A stretch of DNA of 64,000 nt from Mobula hypostoma (lineage: Eukaryota). The position numbers and the translations under genes were made by a program. The stretch lies in the NCBI RefSeq assembly GCF_963921235.1, contig NC_086097.1, forward strand, positions 44,704,001-44,768,000, given 5' to 3'. How positions within the stretch are numbered: the stretch's first letter is position 1; each line of letters opens with the position of its first letter. Below the pieces are notes generated by a model. The model saw only the letters and a program-made list of their open reading frames with translations, was not told the origin of the DNA and made no database searches. This document shows, piece by piece, positions 39,971 through 52,915 of the stretch.

Positions 39971-41091
39971 AGACTAAGAAAAATGTTAAATCTTCATAAA
40001 GCAATGACTTGGCCACACTGGAGTATTGTGTCCAGTTCTGGATGTCACACATTAGGAAAGATGGGAAGGTTTTGTAAAAGGTACAAAAAATGATTTAGTA
40101 AAATGATTCCTAGGATGAGCAACTTCAGTTATGTGTGGACAGACTGGAGTAACTGGGTTCCTCTCAGAACAAAGAATTTTGCCAAGAAGTCAATAGAGGA
40201 ATTTAAATTATGAAGATTATAAAGAAAGGGATTGCAAGGCCAACGGAATTAACCCCAAACTGGGAGGAACCCATGTTCAGTTTCAGTCTGGCCGTAACAG
40301 CAGGGCAGATGATCTGTGTACAGTATTTGTCCTTTTAAAAAGTCAGTGGCAGCAGCAAGTGGAAAAGACGTGCCCACCTCCCTGCAAAGGAACAGCATAA
40401 CTGTTCTTGTATTGAAAGTGGCTGAACTACGGGAAGACCATTAAGAAACCCAAATCTAAAAACCCTCTCATGCAGTAGTGCACTAATTGCCAGAAAATTT
40501 ACTTAACCCAGTTTGTGCTAAGCAACTAATTACTTTCTTATAATCATTAATGAACTAGCCCCGATTCATTCAAGGTTTGCTACCCCAACCAAATATTTAA
40601 TTTATCAGTCACAAACCATTGTTTGTTTTAGAAATGTACTAATCTGGAGTGAATGGCATTCTTTGAACTCTTGAACTTTAGTTTGGGATTCTAGCATTTC
40701 TATATGACAAGTCTAACTTTACATTGTTTCATGGGTAAACATATTTGATACATTTCACTTTAATACTTATATTAACTCTGCTTATTACTCTCCTAGGATG
40801 AGAAAGCATGAAGCCAATCACTTGTTTTATTAGATTTATTAGTCAGGGTTACTTAATTTCTGATACTGATGTGTTGCCAGATAATCAGGAGGCGGGATGA
40901 CTGTTTGTAGCTCTGACTGTACTAAGCAGGGGATTGGAAATATGCTAATGGAGGACGGCAAGTTGCATGATGTCACTTCAGAAAACAGCCATCCCTCGCC
41001 ACCATACCTTCCAGAAATTAATTTTTACAGAACTTAAATGGTAAACTTTGGCTAAGTCATTACATTGGAAGTACATTAACCATATTATTTT

Positions 41092-44000
41092 TGTTGTGTA
41101 TTTAATATTTCAGTAATATTTGAGTAATATTGTAAATATATTGTTCGATTAAGCATTCTTTGTTTACGTAATGCATTGTAGGATATCTATAAAACTACAT
41201 AAATGGCATACGTCATCACACAGCATGTTATAAGTGCATACTTAAAATAAAAATGAACTATGTTTCACATCTCTTGGCTCCCTTGTTTTCCTTTCAATTA
41301 GTTTTATGTTTTGGAGTCATCCCAGGGTGACCAGGGATGGGAGCTCAACGTTCAGGGATATTCAATATTCAGGAGGGATAGACATGAAGGAAGGGGAGGT
41401 GGGGTGGCGTTGCTGGTTAAAGAAGAGATTAACGCAATAGAAAGGAAGGACATAAGCCGGGAAGATGTGGAATCGATATGGGTAGAGCTGCGTAACACTA
41501 AGGGGCAGAAGACGCTGGTGGGAGTTGTGTACAGGCCACCTAACAGTAGTAGTGAGGTCGGAGATGATATTAAACAGGAAGTTAGAAATGTGTGCAATAA
41601 AGGAACAGCAGTTATAATGGGTGACTTCAATCTACATGTAGATTGAGTGAACTAAATTGGTAAAGGTGCTGAGGAAGAGGATTTCTTGGAATGTATGCGG
41701 GATGGTTTTTTTGAACCAACATGTCGAGGAACCAACTAGAGAGCAGGCTATTCTGGACTGGGTTTTGAGCAATGAGGAAGGGTTAATTAGCGATCTTGTC
41801 GTGAGAGGCCCCTTGGGTAAGAGTGACCATAATATGGTGGAATTCTTCATTAAGATGGAGAGTGACATAGTTAATTCAGAAACAAAGGTTCTGACCTTAA
41901 AGAGGGGTAACTTTGAAGGTATGAGACGTGAATTAGCTAAGATAGACTGGCAAATGACACTTAAAGGATTGACGGTGGATATGCAATGGCAAGCATTTAA
42001 AGGTTGCTTGGATGAACTACAACAATTGTTCATCCCAGTTTGGCAAAAGAATAAATCAAGGAAGGTAGTGCACCCGTGGCTGACAAGAGAAATTAGGGAT
42101 AGTATCAATTCCAAAGAAGAAACATACAAATTAGCCAGAGAAAGTGGCTCACCTGAGGACTGGGAGAAATTCAGAGTTCAGCAGAGGAGGTCAAAGGGCT
42201 TAATTAGGAAGGGGAAAAAAGATTATGAGAGAAAACTGGCAGGGAACATAAAAACGGACTGTAAAAGCTTTTATAGATATGTAAAAAGGAAAAGACTGTT
42301 AAAGACAAATGTAGGTCCCCTGCAGACAGAAACAGGTGAATTGATTATGGGGAGCAAGGACATGGCAGACCAATTGAATAATTACTTTGGTTCTGTCTTC
42401 ACTAAGGAGGACATAAATAATCTTCCAGAAATAGTAGGGGACAGAGGGTCCAGTGAGATGGAGGAACTGAGCGAAATACATGTTAGTAGGGAAGTGGTGT
42501 TAGGTAAATTGAAGGGATTGAAGGCAGATGGTCTGCATCCTAGAGTGCTTAAGGAAGTAGCCCAATAAATAATGGATGCATTAGTGATAATTTTTCAAAA
42601 CTCGTTTGATTCTAGACTAGTTCCTGAGGATTGGAGGGTGGCTAATGTAACTCCACTTTTTAAAAAAGGAGAGAGAGAGAAACCGGGGAATTATAGACCG
42701 GTTAGCCTAACGTCGGTGGTGGGGAAACTGCTGGAGTCAGTTATCAAGGATGTGTTAACAGCACATTTGGAAAGCGGTGAAATGATCGGACAAAGTCAGC
42801 ATGGATTTGTGAAAGGAAAATCATGTCTGACGAATCTCATAGAATTTTTTGAGGATGTAACTAGTAGGGTGGATAGGGGAGAACCAGTGGATGTGGTATA
42901 TTTGGATTTTCAAAAGGCTTTTGACAGGGTCCCACACAGGAGATTAGTGTGCAAAACTTAAAGCACACGGTATTGGGGGTAAGGTATTGGTGTGGGTGGA
43001 GAATTGGTTAGCAGACAGGAAGCAAAGAGTGGGAATAAACGGGACCTTTTCAGAATGGCAGGCGGTGACTAGTGGGGTACCGCAAGGCTCAGTGCTGGGA
43101 CCCCAGTTGTTAATGATATATTAATGACTTGGATGAGGGAATTAAATGCAGCATTTCCAAGTTTGCGGATGACACGAAACTGGGTGGCAGTGTTAGCTGT
43201 GAAGAGGATGCTAAGAGGATGCAGGGTGACTTGGATAGGTTGGGTGAGTGGGCAAATTCATGACAGATGCAATTTAATGTGGATAAATGTGAAGTTATCC
43301 ACTTTGGTGGCAAAAATAGGAAAACAGATTATTATCTGAATGGTGGTCGATTAGGAAAAGGGGAGGTGCAATGAGACCTGGGTGTCATTATACACCAGTC
43401 ATTGAAAGTGGGCATGCAGGTACAGCAGGTGGTGAAAAAGGCGAATGGTATGCTGGCATTTATAGCGAGAGGATTTGAGTACAGGAACAGGGAGGTACTA
43501 CTGCAGTTGTACAAGGCCTTGGTGAGACCACACCTGGAGTATTGTGTGCAGTTTTGGTCCCTAATCTGAGGAAGGACATCCTTGCCTTAGAGGGAGTACA
43601 AAGAAGGTTCACCAGATTGATTCCTGGGATGGCAGGACTTTCATATGAAGAAAGACTGGATGAACTGGGCTTGTACTCGTTGGAATTTAGAAGATTGAGG
43701 GGGGATCTGATTGAAACGTATAAGATCCTAAAGGGATTGGACAGGCTAGATGCAGGAAGATTGTTCCCGATGTTGGGGAAGTCCAGAACGAGGGGCCACA
43801 GTTTGAGGATAGAGGGGAAGCCTTTTAGGACCGAGATTAGGAAAAACTTCTTCACACAGAGAGTGGTGAATCTGTGGAATTCTCTGCCACAGGAAACAGT
43901 TGAGGCCAGTTCATTGGCTATATTTAAGAGGGAGTTAGATACGGCCCTTGTGGCTACGGGGGTCAGGGGGTATGGAGTGAAGGCTGGGGCGGGGTTCTGA

Positions 44001-44104
44001 GTTGGATGATCAGCCATGATCATAATAAATGGTGGTGCAGGCTCGAAGGGCCGAATGGCCTACTCCTGCACCTATTTTCTATGTTTTCTATGTAAAACAT
44101 AACA
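41092..44104. mobile_element. Solo LTR (~240 bp of own sequence) split by a CR1
   Basis: Starts TGTTGTGT, ends ACATAACA; TSD ATTTT at 41087-41091 and 44105-44109; internal AATAAA at ~41247. Confidence 0.7.
41320..44093 (+). mobile_element. 5'-truncated CR1 (subfamily A), disrupted ORF2
   Basis: Near-identical peptides to 3489-6260; APE and RT motifs; TTCTATGT tail. Confidence 0.95.
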
Positions 44105-44345
44105 ATTTTCAATTAAAGAGTACATGTAACTGATTTTGATTTCTTATTGTATAATAAAGTGTAGGAGCAAGAGTATTCCATCGAACATTATCCACCATTT
44201 TTGTTGGATCATAATCTGGTCTACGTCCCAGCTCCACTTAAACCCTATTTTTGTTCAGTCACAAGATTTGCATATTGTCACCTTGAACCATCACATCCTG
44301 GAGATAACAATGACCTTAATTCACAATTTTGTTTTGTTTTGTTTT

Positions 44346-44548
44346 GGAAACAGTTGAGGCCAGTTCATTGGCTATATTTAAGAGGGAGTTAGATATGACC
44401 CTTGTGGCTAAAGGGATCAGGGGATATGGAGAGAGGGCAGGTACAGGGTTCTGAGTTGGATGATCAGCCATGATCATAATAAATGGCGGTGCAGGCTCGA
44501 AGGGCCGAATGGCCTACTCCTGCACCTATTTTTTATGTTTCTATGTTT
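44346..44548 (+). mobile_element. ~200-bp CR1 (subfamily A) 3' end
   Basis: Repeats 43892-44093 but carries variants (gctaaagggatcaggg, gcaggtacaggg) shared with the 3489 copy. Confidence 0.9.
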
Positions 44549-45715
44549 ATAAAAAACACAGTTGATTAAATCTCACTAAATTCTTTGCCTTCATATCCTT
44601 CAGGTTCTCAAATATCATTAATATTTTGCCCTCTTTCTCCACTGTGAAAACAAATATCAAATACCATTTAAACATGTCTGTCATAATCTATCTGTAGTTA
44701 GTTGAGTGCTTCTTCTTTATTAATCTCTATATTTATTAAAACTTGATACATATTACATCAATTTTACAAAGAGAATAAATGACTAGAATCTATAAAGTTT
44801 GAACTTTTTAGCAACAATTACTAGAATGCTTTCCAAAACTTCTGCTAATACGATACAAATTATTACAATTACAGTCCCAATCTATCATAGATAACAAACT
44901 TAGCTGATGATAAATGCTATATTTTGTCCTTAAAATTTAATAAATGGGCCCTCTAAAACAAATATAAGGTGAAAACATGGAAGGGTTTCTAGAAAGTCAT
45001 ACTTTGGCTTCATTTGCATATTCATAACTTTAGTTCAGTGCAGTTTTGGCACTGCAAGGTACTTTCATAGCTTGACTACCTTGCTATAAACCATGCAATA
45101 AAATATTCTGTCTGTAAGCCAAATTCCTTATATTGGGGGATAATGGTGCAGGGAGTGGCAACCCCAGATTCCAGCCAATTCATTTGCATGCAGGTCCGAA
45201 GTCCAGACTTTTATGATATTTTTGGTGAACTATTAAGGCAGAGGATGTTTTCCATTGTAGTCCTTGTGATTTTCAATCTTAGAGCATTTTCTCCTTAGCT
45301 GGCTGAAGTCAGACTTCTACAAAAGTGCTGGTGATAATGGGGTGATGGCAAGCTGGACGCAAGTGAGACCTCATCTTTTATTTTATGCATGGACCCTCCA
45401 GATTTCAAAGTTAGCCCACCAGCCTTTACTTGGTATCATTTCTACAATGTGGCCTACAAACTTACCCTTTCTGATTCAGAGATAGGAGAACCGCAATCCA
45501 TTGTATCAGTGGCCAATTCATCTGGAGGCCAGGACCTTACCTCTTGTTAATTCAGAGCTGGAAGCCATTTATGAGATTTTGGTTATTGGGGTTGGATAAG
45601 ATGAAGCTCAGTTCCCCAGCATCCTGTTCTGAGGCTGCTATTCTGCACTACTTCAAATTCTCAGTCCGTTAAAGTCTGTAACTTCAACTAACTGTACTCC
45701 TCAAAGCCTGAAAAC

Positions 45716-47676
45716 ATGTGGAAGAAGGCAGCATACATGAGGTTTATGAAGCAAGGATCAGATGGGTCTATTGAGGAATATAGGGTAGCAAGAAAGGAGC
45801 TTAAGAAGGGGCTGAGAAGAGCAAGAAGGGAGCATGAGAAGGCCTTGGCGAGTAGAATAAAGGAAGACCCCAAGGCATTCTTCAATTATGTGAAGAACAA
45901 AAGGATGACATGAATGAAGGTAGGACCGATTAGAGATAAAGGTGGGAAGATGTGCTTGGAGGCTGTGGAAGTGAGCGAGGTCCTCAATGAATACTTCTCT
46001 TCGGTATTCACCAATGAGAGGGAACTTGATGACGGTGAGGACAATATGAGTGAAGTTGGTGTTCTGGAGCATGTTGATATTACGGGAGAGGAGGTGTTGG
46101 AGTTGTTAAAATATATTAGGACGGATAAGTCCCCGGGGCCTGATGGAATATTCCTCAGGCTGCTCCACGAGGCGAGGGAAGAGATTGCTGAGCCTCTGGC
46201 TAGGATCTTTATGTTCTCGTTGTCCACAGGAATGGTACCGGAGGATTGGAGGGAGGCGAATGTTGTCCCCTTTTTCAAAAAAGGTTGTAGGGATAGTCCG
46301 TGTAATTATAGACCAGTGAGCCCTACGTCTGTGGTGGGAAAGCTGTTGGAAAAGATTCTTAGAGATAGGATCTATGGGCATTTAGAGAATCATGGTCTGA
46401 TTAGGGACAGTCAGCATGGCTTTGTGAAGGGCAGATCGTGTCTAACAAGCCTGATAGAGTTATTTGAGGAGGTGAACAGGCTTATAGATGAGGGTAGTGC
46501 AGTGGATGTGATCTACATGGATTTTAGTAAGGCATTTGACAAGGTTCCACACGGTAGGCTTATTCAGAAAGTCAGAAGGCATGGGATCCAGGGAAGTTTG
46601 GCCAGGTGGATTCAGAATTGGCTTGCCTGCAGAAGGCAGAGGGTCATGGTGCAGGGAGTACATTCAGATTGGAGGATTGTGACTAGTGGTGTCCCACAAG
46701 GATCAGTTCTGGGACCTCTACTTTTCATGATTTTTAATAACGACCTGGATGTGGGGGTAGAAGGGTGGGTTGGCAAGTTTGCAGATGACACAAAGGTTGG
46801 TGGTGTTTTAGATAGTATAGAGGATTGTCGAAGATTGCAGAGAGATATTGATAGGATGCAGAAGTGGGCTGAGAAGTGGCAGATGGAGTTCAACTCGGAG
46901 AAGTGTGAGGTGGTACACTTTGGAAGGGCAAACTCCAAGGCAGAGTACAAAGTAAATGGCAGGATACTTGGTAGTGTGGAGGAGCAGAGGAATCTGTGGT
47001 TACATGTCCACAGATTTCTGAAAGTTGCCTCACAGGTGGATAGGGTAGTTAAGAAAGCTTATGGGGTGTTAGCTTTCATAAGTGGAGGGATAGAGTTTAA
47101 GAGTCGCGAGGTAATGATGCAGCTCTATAAAACTCTGGTTAGGCCACACTTGGAGTACTGTGTCCAGTTCTGGTCACCTCACTATAGGAAGGATGTGGAA
47201 GCATTGGAAAGGGTACAGAGGAGATTTACCAGGATGCTGCCTGGTTTAGAGAGTATGGATTATGATCAGAGATTAAGGGAGCTAGGGCTTTACTCTTTGG
47301 AGAGAAGGAGGATGAGAGGAGACATGATAGAGGTATACAAGAAATTAAGAGGAATAGATAGAGTGGATAGCCAGCGCCTCTTCCCCAGGGCACCACTGCT
47401 CAATACAAGAGGATATGGCTTTAAGGTAAGGGGTGGGAAGTTCAAGGGGTATATTAGAGGAAGGTTTTTTACTCAGAGAGAGGTTGGTCCGTGGAATGCA
47501 CTGCCTGAGTCAGTGGTGGAGGCAGATACACTAGTGAAGTTTAAAAGACTACCAGACAGGTATATGGAGGAATTTAAGGTGGCAGGTTATATGAGAGGCA
47601 GGGTTTGAGGGTCGGCACAACCTTGTGGGCCGAAGGGCCTGTACTGTGCTGTACTATTCTATGTTCTATGTTCTAT
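45716..47676 (+). mobile_element. 5'-truncated CR1 (subfamily C) with uninterrupted 564-aa RT-containing ORF (45914-47608)
   Basis: KSPGPDG, NYRPVS, QHGFVKGRSC, DFSKAFD, GVPQGSVLGP, FADD; (TTCTATG)n tail. Confidence 0.95.
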
Positions 47677-48759
47677 CTTGCTTTACAGAACAACTATTCA
47701 AACATGACAACAATTGAAGTAGTTTAGGTTAAACACAAGTTAATTTTAAATTAACTTATTTTTTTTCTATTTTGTTTTTGTATTACCGGTTCTTCGTAAA
47801 TGTGTGTTGTGCTCCACTTGTAGAAAGGATCTCCGCAAAGGCCTGTAATTTTATCACATCATGGGATGAATTACCATTCCCAGTACAGCAGCTGAATAGA
47901 AATGCTCTCAATAATCAAATCTACCTGTCATGAAACAACATCAGTGTTAATGATCCCTGAAGAAATGCTGCCGAAACAATTCATTAGCCTAAAATTTTAA
48001 GGTAGCAGTAACACCATTAAAGCTTACACACACAGAATGCCATCCTGTCCTCACTGTCGCCTCACAAGGGCAGTTGTTTTTAGTTCCCCTTTACTTTGTA
48101 CACAGTTCTGTAAGTTCCTTACCTCAGGTACGGTCCCGTCCCACATTATTTGGATAATCAACTTACACCACTTTTTCGAAATCTCTGTGTGAAAACAATA
48201 TCTCTTCACCTACCCTCTAGATACAACTTTTAATCTGTGAGATAGTCTAATAGGCCTCAGTTTACAAATTAATTTTCTGTAATTACTGTCATTTGCTGTA
48301 TATAGCAAATGTGCTCGACAAGTAGCCTAAAGCAATTACAGAACATTATTGAGCAACACAAAAATATTATGACAAAACTTTAGTCAGATGGGCTAGGTTT
48401 GAGGAGATGTCTTAACAAAAGAAAGAGGTACAGAGGTTTAGGGAGAGAAATCTGGCATCTTAGACCTTGGCAACTGAAGACTCCACTACCAGTGATGGAA
48501 CAATTCAAAGAAGAGCAAGTAGATGAGGTTAAAAAAATGTCTCAAATGCTGTTAAGCTGGATAAAATTACAAAACTAGATAGGGACAAATTTTAGAGGGA
48601 CTTAAAACCAAGCTTGCAACTTATAAACACGTTTGCAGACACGAGGAAATAACAAGATATAGAGTTTAAAATCCTAAAACTGTCTTGCTGGTTTCATACA
48701 AATAAGGTGGCAAACCTGGTATATAATCCCAAACTGACCCTGGTCCTACACTTAACGCT

Positions 48760-49340
48760 GGAGCGTCTGGACTGTAATGACACTGATGTCACACTATTGT
48801 TTGGTGACTACAGCTCTATCTTCAATGAGATTTACAGGAAGATGTTTCCTGCTTGGCATTGCTGCCTGCTGCACCTCCAACAGTGCATGTTCATCAGCCA
48901 GGGACCACCGCTTTAGGACCATTTGCTCCCTCAAACCTGGTACTTCTCCTGGTGGTGGAGCAGTGGCAGGGTCATCTCCCTGCCACGCCCGCAGCTTTCA
49001 ATGGCGTTAGTCAGTCCCCCAATTTTTGTCCTTCCTCCTCTGCCACAGCCAAGAGCTGCCCTTTTCTGCCTAATCAGCCAACTCCCAATACTACAACTCC
49101 AAGCAAACTCATCTTCAAACTCCTAGAACTGGGACTAAACACATCCCTTTGCAGTTGGATCCTTGACTTCCTGACCAACAGACTGCAATCAGCAAGGCAC
49201 ACCATCGCCATAATTATCGTTTACACTTCAGTCCCACACTGCTGTGTCCTACTCTATTCAGGACTGCATGGATAGATCCTCAGGGTTCTGTATGGTGACA
49301 TATATGTACTTTGATAATAAATTTATTTTAAACTTTGAAT
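48760..49340 (+). repeat. Degenerate Rex1/Babar-like fragment with nested repeat pieces
   Basis: LLFGDYSSIFN ... PSKLIFKLLELGLNTSLCSWILDFLTNRLQS; gataataaa tail. Confidence 0.65.
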
Positions 49341-49502
49341 ACAAATTAAGTTGCACCTTTTGGCAAATGTAGAGCATGTTTCATACATGCTGAAAAGGGT
49401 TTAGTGAGCCAATCAACATAGGACATCAAGCCTATGACCGGTTTTTGCATTTATAGCCTGGCCCAATTGAGTCACTGGCCAATAGAGGTCTCCTCAATCT
49501 TG

Positions 49503-49800
49503 ACCAAACACACACGAAGTGCTGGAGGAACACAGCAGGACAGGCAGCATCATGGAGAGAAATAAACAGCTGACGTTTCGGGCCAAAATTATTCACCAGG
49601 ACTAGAAAGAAAGAGGGAGGAAGAAGGTGGGTAGAGGGGAAACTGGCAGGTGATAAGGTGAATCCAAGTGAGAGGGAAGGGAGGTGGGTGGGGGAGGCCA
49701 AAGCAGAAGGGATCTGTTAGGAGAGGACAGTGGAACATGGGAGAAGGAGAAGGAGGAGAGGAATAAGAGGGAAGTGATGGGCAGGTGAGGAGAATGTTGG
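49503..49800 (-). mobile_element. Penelope-like terminal fragment
   Basis: 'gctggaggaacacagcagg..tgacgtttcgggcc..caggact' plus purine tract. Confidence 0.65.
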
Positions 49801-49849
49801 ATAAAATGCCATCTTGTTACTACAAGTAAAGTACATTTCCACACCATCA

Positions 49850-50080
49850 TGTTCCCACCAGCTCCTTCTAGGTTCTTTCATTCACCTACACACTTAGTGG
49901 CAACGTACAGTGGCCAAGTTACCAACCACCCTCCACGTCTTTAGGGTGTGTGAGAAAACTAGAACATCAGAAGAAAACCCATGTGGTCACAGGGAGAATG
50001 TGCTAATACCTCACAGAGAGAATCAGGGGTCAGGACTGAACCCAGATCACTGGAACCTTGAGTCAGCAGTTTTACCAACG
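49850..50080 (-). mobile_element. Degenerate V-SINE
   Basis: 'aaacccatgtggtcacagggagaatgtgc..caggactgaacccagatcactgg'. Confidence 0.6.
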
Positions 50081-50994
50081 AGGAGACTGTACTGCAGGAA
50101 GTTTCCAACATCTTCTGCTCTCCTTCCAGGAGAGAGTCCAAGCTTCTTCAAAATTTTCTTTCATAACTGTGTAGAGTGTCATTCCTGCATACTGAAAATG
50201 CCATTGCTACAGTATCTCCTGCGTTTCTCTGGTATGCCTCAATGTCAATCTTTGATGGTAATTGTATCTGGATAACTTCTTCCATCTTTTCCATGCTAAC
50301 AGACTACAATTATATCAGTTACCATGATAAGATTGTGATATAATGGATCAAGGAGAGAATCACATTATTATTCCCCATTTGATCCATCCCAAATGCCCAA
50401 AGTTTTGATTTGACATTCCAGTTGTATATTCTCGATGAGCATATAATAATGCCTCTCTATTAATTCCAGTTCTCAGCGACCCACTCACTCTAGGCAATTA
50501 TGGGTCAAGATATGCAATATCTGGTGCAATATACCACCTTGTCCTTGAGCAGCCATTTGTATCGAACTGATGCTATTCCGGAACTTGTGTTGATCATCAA
50601 TGGAACAGCACAGGAGAATGGATGCCAACAGTTCAGAAGCGGCACGAAGTGGAGAATTAAAGAATAAATGTAATTTTCTGTAAGTACTAAATAAGGCACA
50701 ACTGCTCCCAAGCTATTGAGGATTTATTTGCTGACCTCTGTGGTTAGGTATTTAGAGATTTACGGCAAGCTGATGTGTATGAGGCTGCAGAAATTTGGGT
50801 TTGAGACTCCTGTTACCCATACATTTTAGTAAGCCTGCAAAATGAAAAATAAGTACTGTGCTTTCTCGTGGCTTTTGGATGCTTTCCACAGGGAAATCGA
50901 TGAAGGAGTTATTTCTGGCACATAACACATCTGTTGCCTGTCAGGTGTTCTCTGCTGCTGGAAAATAACAGCGTACAGTATCCCTGCTGTGTTT

Positions 50995-52740
50995 AACACA
51001 GAACAGTATGGTCCAGGACCGTCAGCACACAATGTCTGAGCCAATGCTGTGCCAAACCAAACTAACCCCAGCGGCCTGCACGTGGTTTGCGTCCCTCCAT
51101 TGCCTGCCTATACATGCATCTGTCTAAATGCCACTTAAATATTACTTTTGTATCTACTTCTATCACTTCCCTCGTAGGTTCCAGACACCTACCACTCTGT
51201 GTGGGGAGAAACAAACTTGAACCTAGAAGGGTACAGCACAGGAACCGGCTATTTGGCCCACAATGTTGTACCGAAGCAGCTAAAAAGCAAATCAAAAACA
51301 CCCAAACACTAATCTCTCCTACTTACACCATGTCCATGTTCCTCCATCTTCCTTAAATCCATGTGCCTATCTAAACATCTCTTAAAATTCTCTGATGTAT
51401 TTGCCTCTACCACCATACTGGGCAGTGCATTCAAGAAATCCAGCACCCTCAGAGTAAAAAACTTACTGCTCACAGGCCCCTTGAACCCACAATGCATGTC
51501 CCCTGGTATTCAAGATTTCAACCCTGGAAAATAGTTACTCTTTCTCCACTCTATCTATGCCTCTCATAATCTTGTAAGCCTCTATCAGATCTTCCTTCAG
51601 CATCCGGCACTCCAGAGAAAACAGCCAAGTTATCCAGCCTCTCTTAATAGCATGTGCCCTCTAAACCAGGCAACATCCTGGTAAACCCCTTCTGTACTTT
51701 CCCCAAAGCTTCAACTTCCTTCCTATAGTAGGGTGACCAGAACCGAACACAATACTCCAGATGTGGCCTAACTAGAGTTTTATAAAGTTGCAACGTAACT
51801 ATAACCTCCTGACTTTTTAACTCAATGCCTTGACTAATTATAGCTAGCATTCCGTAAGTCTTCTTAACCACCCTATCGACCTGTGTAGCCACTTTCAAGG
51901 AGCTATGAACTTGGATCCCAAGATCTCTCTGCTCAACAACACTGTTAAGATCATTGCCCTTAACAGTGTACTGTCTCCTTGCATTTGCCCTACGGAAGTG
52001 TAATGCCTCACATTTATCTGGATTAAACTCCATCTGCCATTTCTCTGCCCATATCTGCAACTGGTCTATATTGTTCTGTATTCTTTGTCAGTTTTTTACA
52101 CTATCCAGAACTCCACCAATGTCGGCATCATCTGCAAACTTACTAATCCACCCATCTACATTTTCATCCAGGTCATTTATATATATTACTAACAGCAGAG
52201 GTCCCCGCACAGATCCCTGCAGAACACCACTAATTACAGACCTCCAGCTCAGGTAAGTCCCTTTAACCACTACCCTCTGTCCTCTATGTGCAAGCCACTT
52301 CTACAGCCAAATAGCCAATTTGCTGTGGATTCCATCCACCTTAACCATCTGGATTAGCCTCCCAAGAGAGACTTTGCCAAATGGCTTGCTAAAATCCATG
52401 CAGACAACATCAACTGCCCTACCCTCATCAATCTCTCTTGTCATCTTGTCAAAAAAATCAATCAAATTGGAAAGGCACAACCTGCCATGCAGAAAGCCAT
52501 GCTAGCTCTCCCAAATTAGGCCATGGATTTCCAAATGCTCATATATCCTATCCCTAAGAATTTTCTTCTGCAATTTCCCTGCAACTGATGTGAGAGATGC
52601 TTCACAGATTTCCTTTAAACTTACCCCCTTTCAACTTAAAGTTATGTCCTGTGGTATTTGACATTTCCACCCTGGATAAAGACTCTAACTATCTGCCCTC
52701 TCTATGTCTCTCAACTTTTTCTTATCACACCTCAGCCTCT
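50995..52740 (-). mobile_element. Nested CR1s: a copy at ~51220-52595 inside an older CR1 3' end
   Basis: Two CR1 3' tails (50995, 51220); the outer copy resumes at ~52597; WAEKWQMEFNPDKC and FADD motifs. Confidence 0.8.
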
Positions 52741-52741
52741 T

Positions 52742-52915
52742 AAACACAAGAGATTCTGCAGATGCTCAAAATCCAGACTAATACACACAAAATGCTGAAG
52801 GAACTCAGCAGGTCACGCAGTGTCAATGTTTCAGGCTGAGACACTTCATCAGAACTGTAAAGGAAAGGGGATGAATCTAAAATAAGAAGGTGAGTGGAGG
52901 GGAAAGAGTATCTGC
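52742..52915 (-). mobile_element. Penelope-like terminal fragment with degenerate hammerhead motif (~52821-52857)
   Basis: Minus strand CAGTT-CTGATGA-AGTGTCTCAGCCT-GAAA-CATT-GACA. Confidence 0.65.

Noticed and set aside
44346..44548. Apparent tandem duplication or assembly artefact of the CR1 3' end
   Set aside because: It carries diagnostic variants of the 3489 copy rather than of the adjacent copy, so it is more likely an independent short insertion
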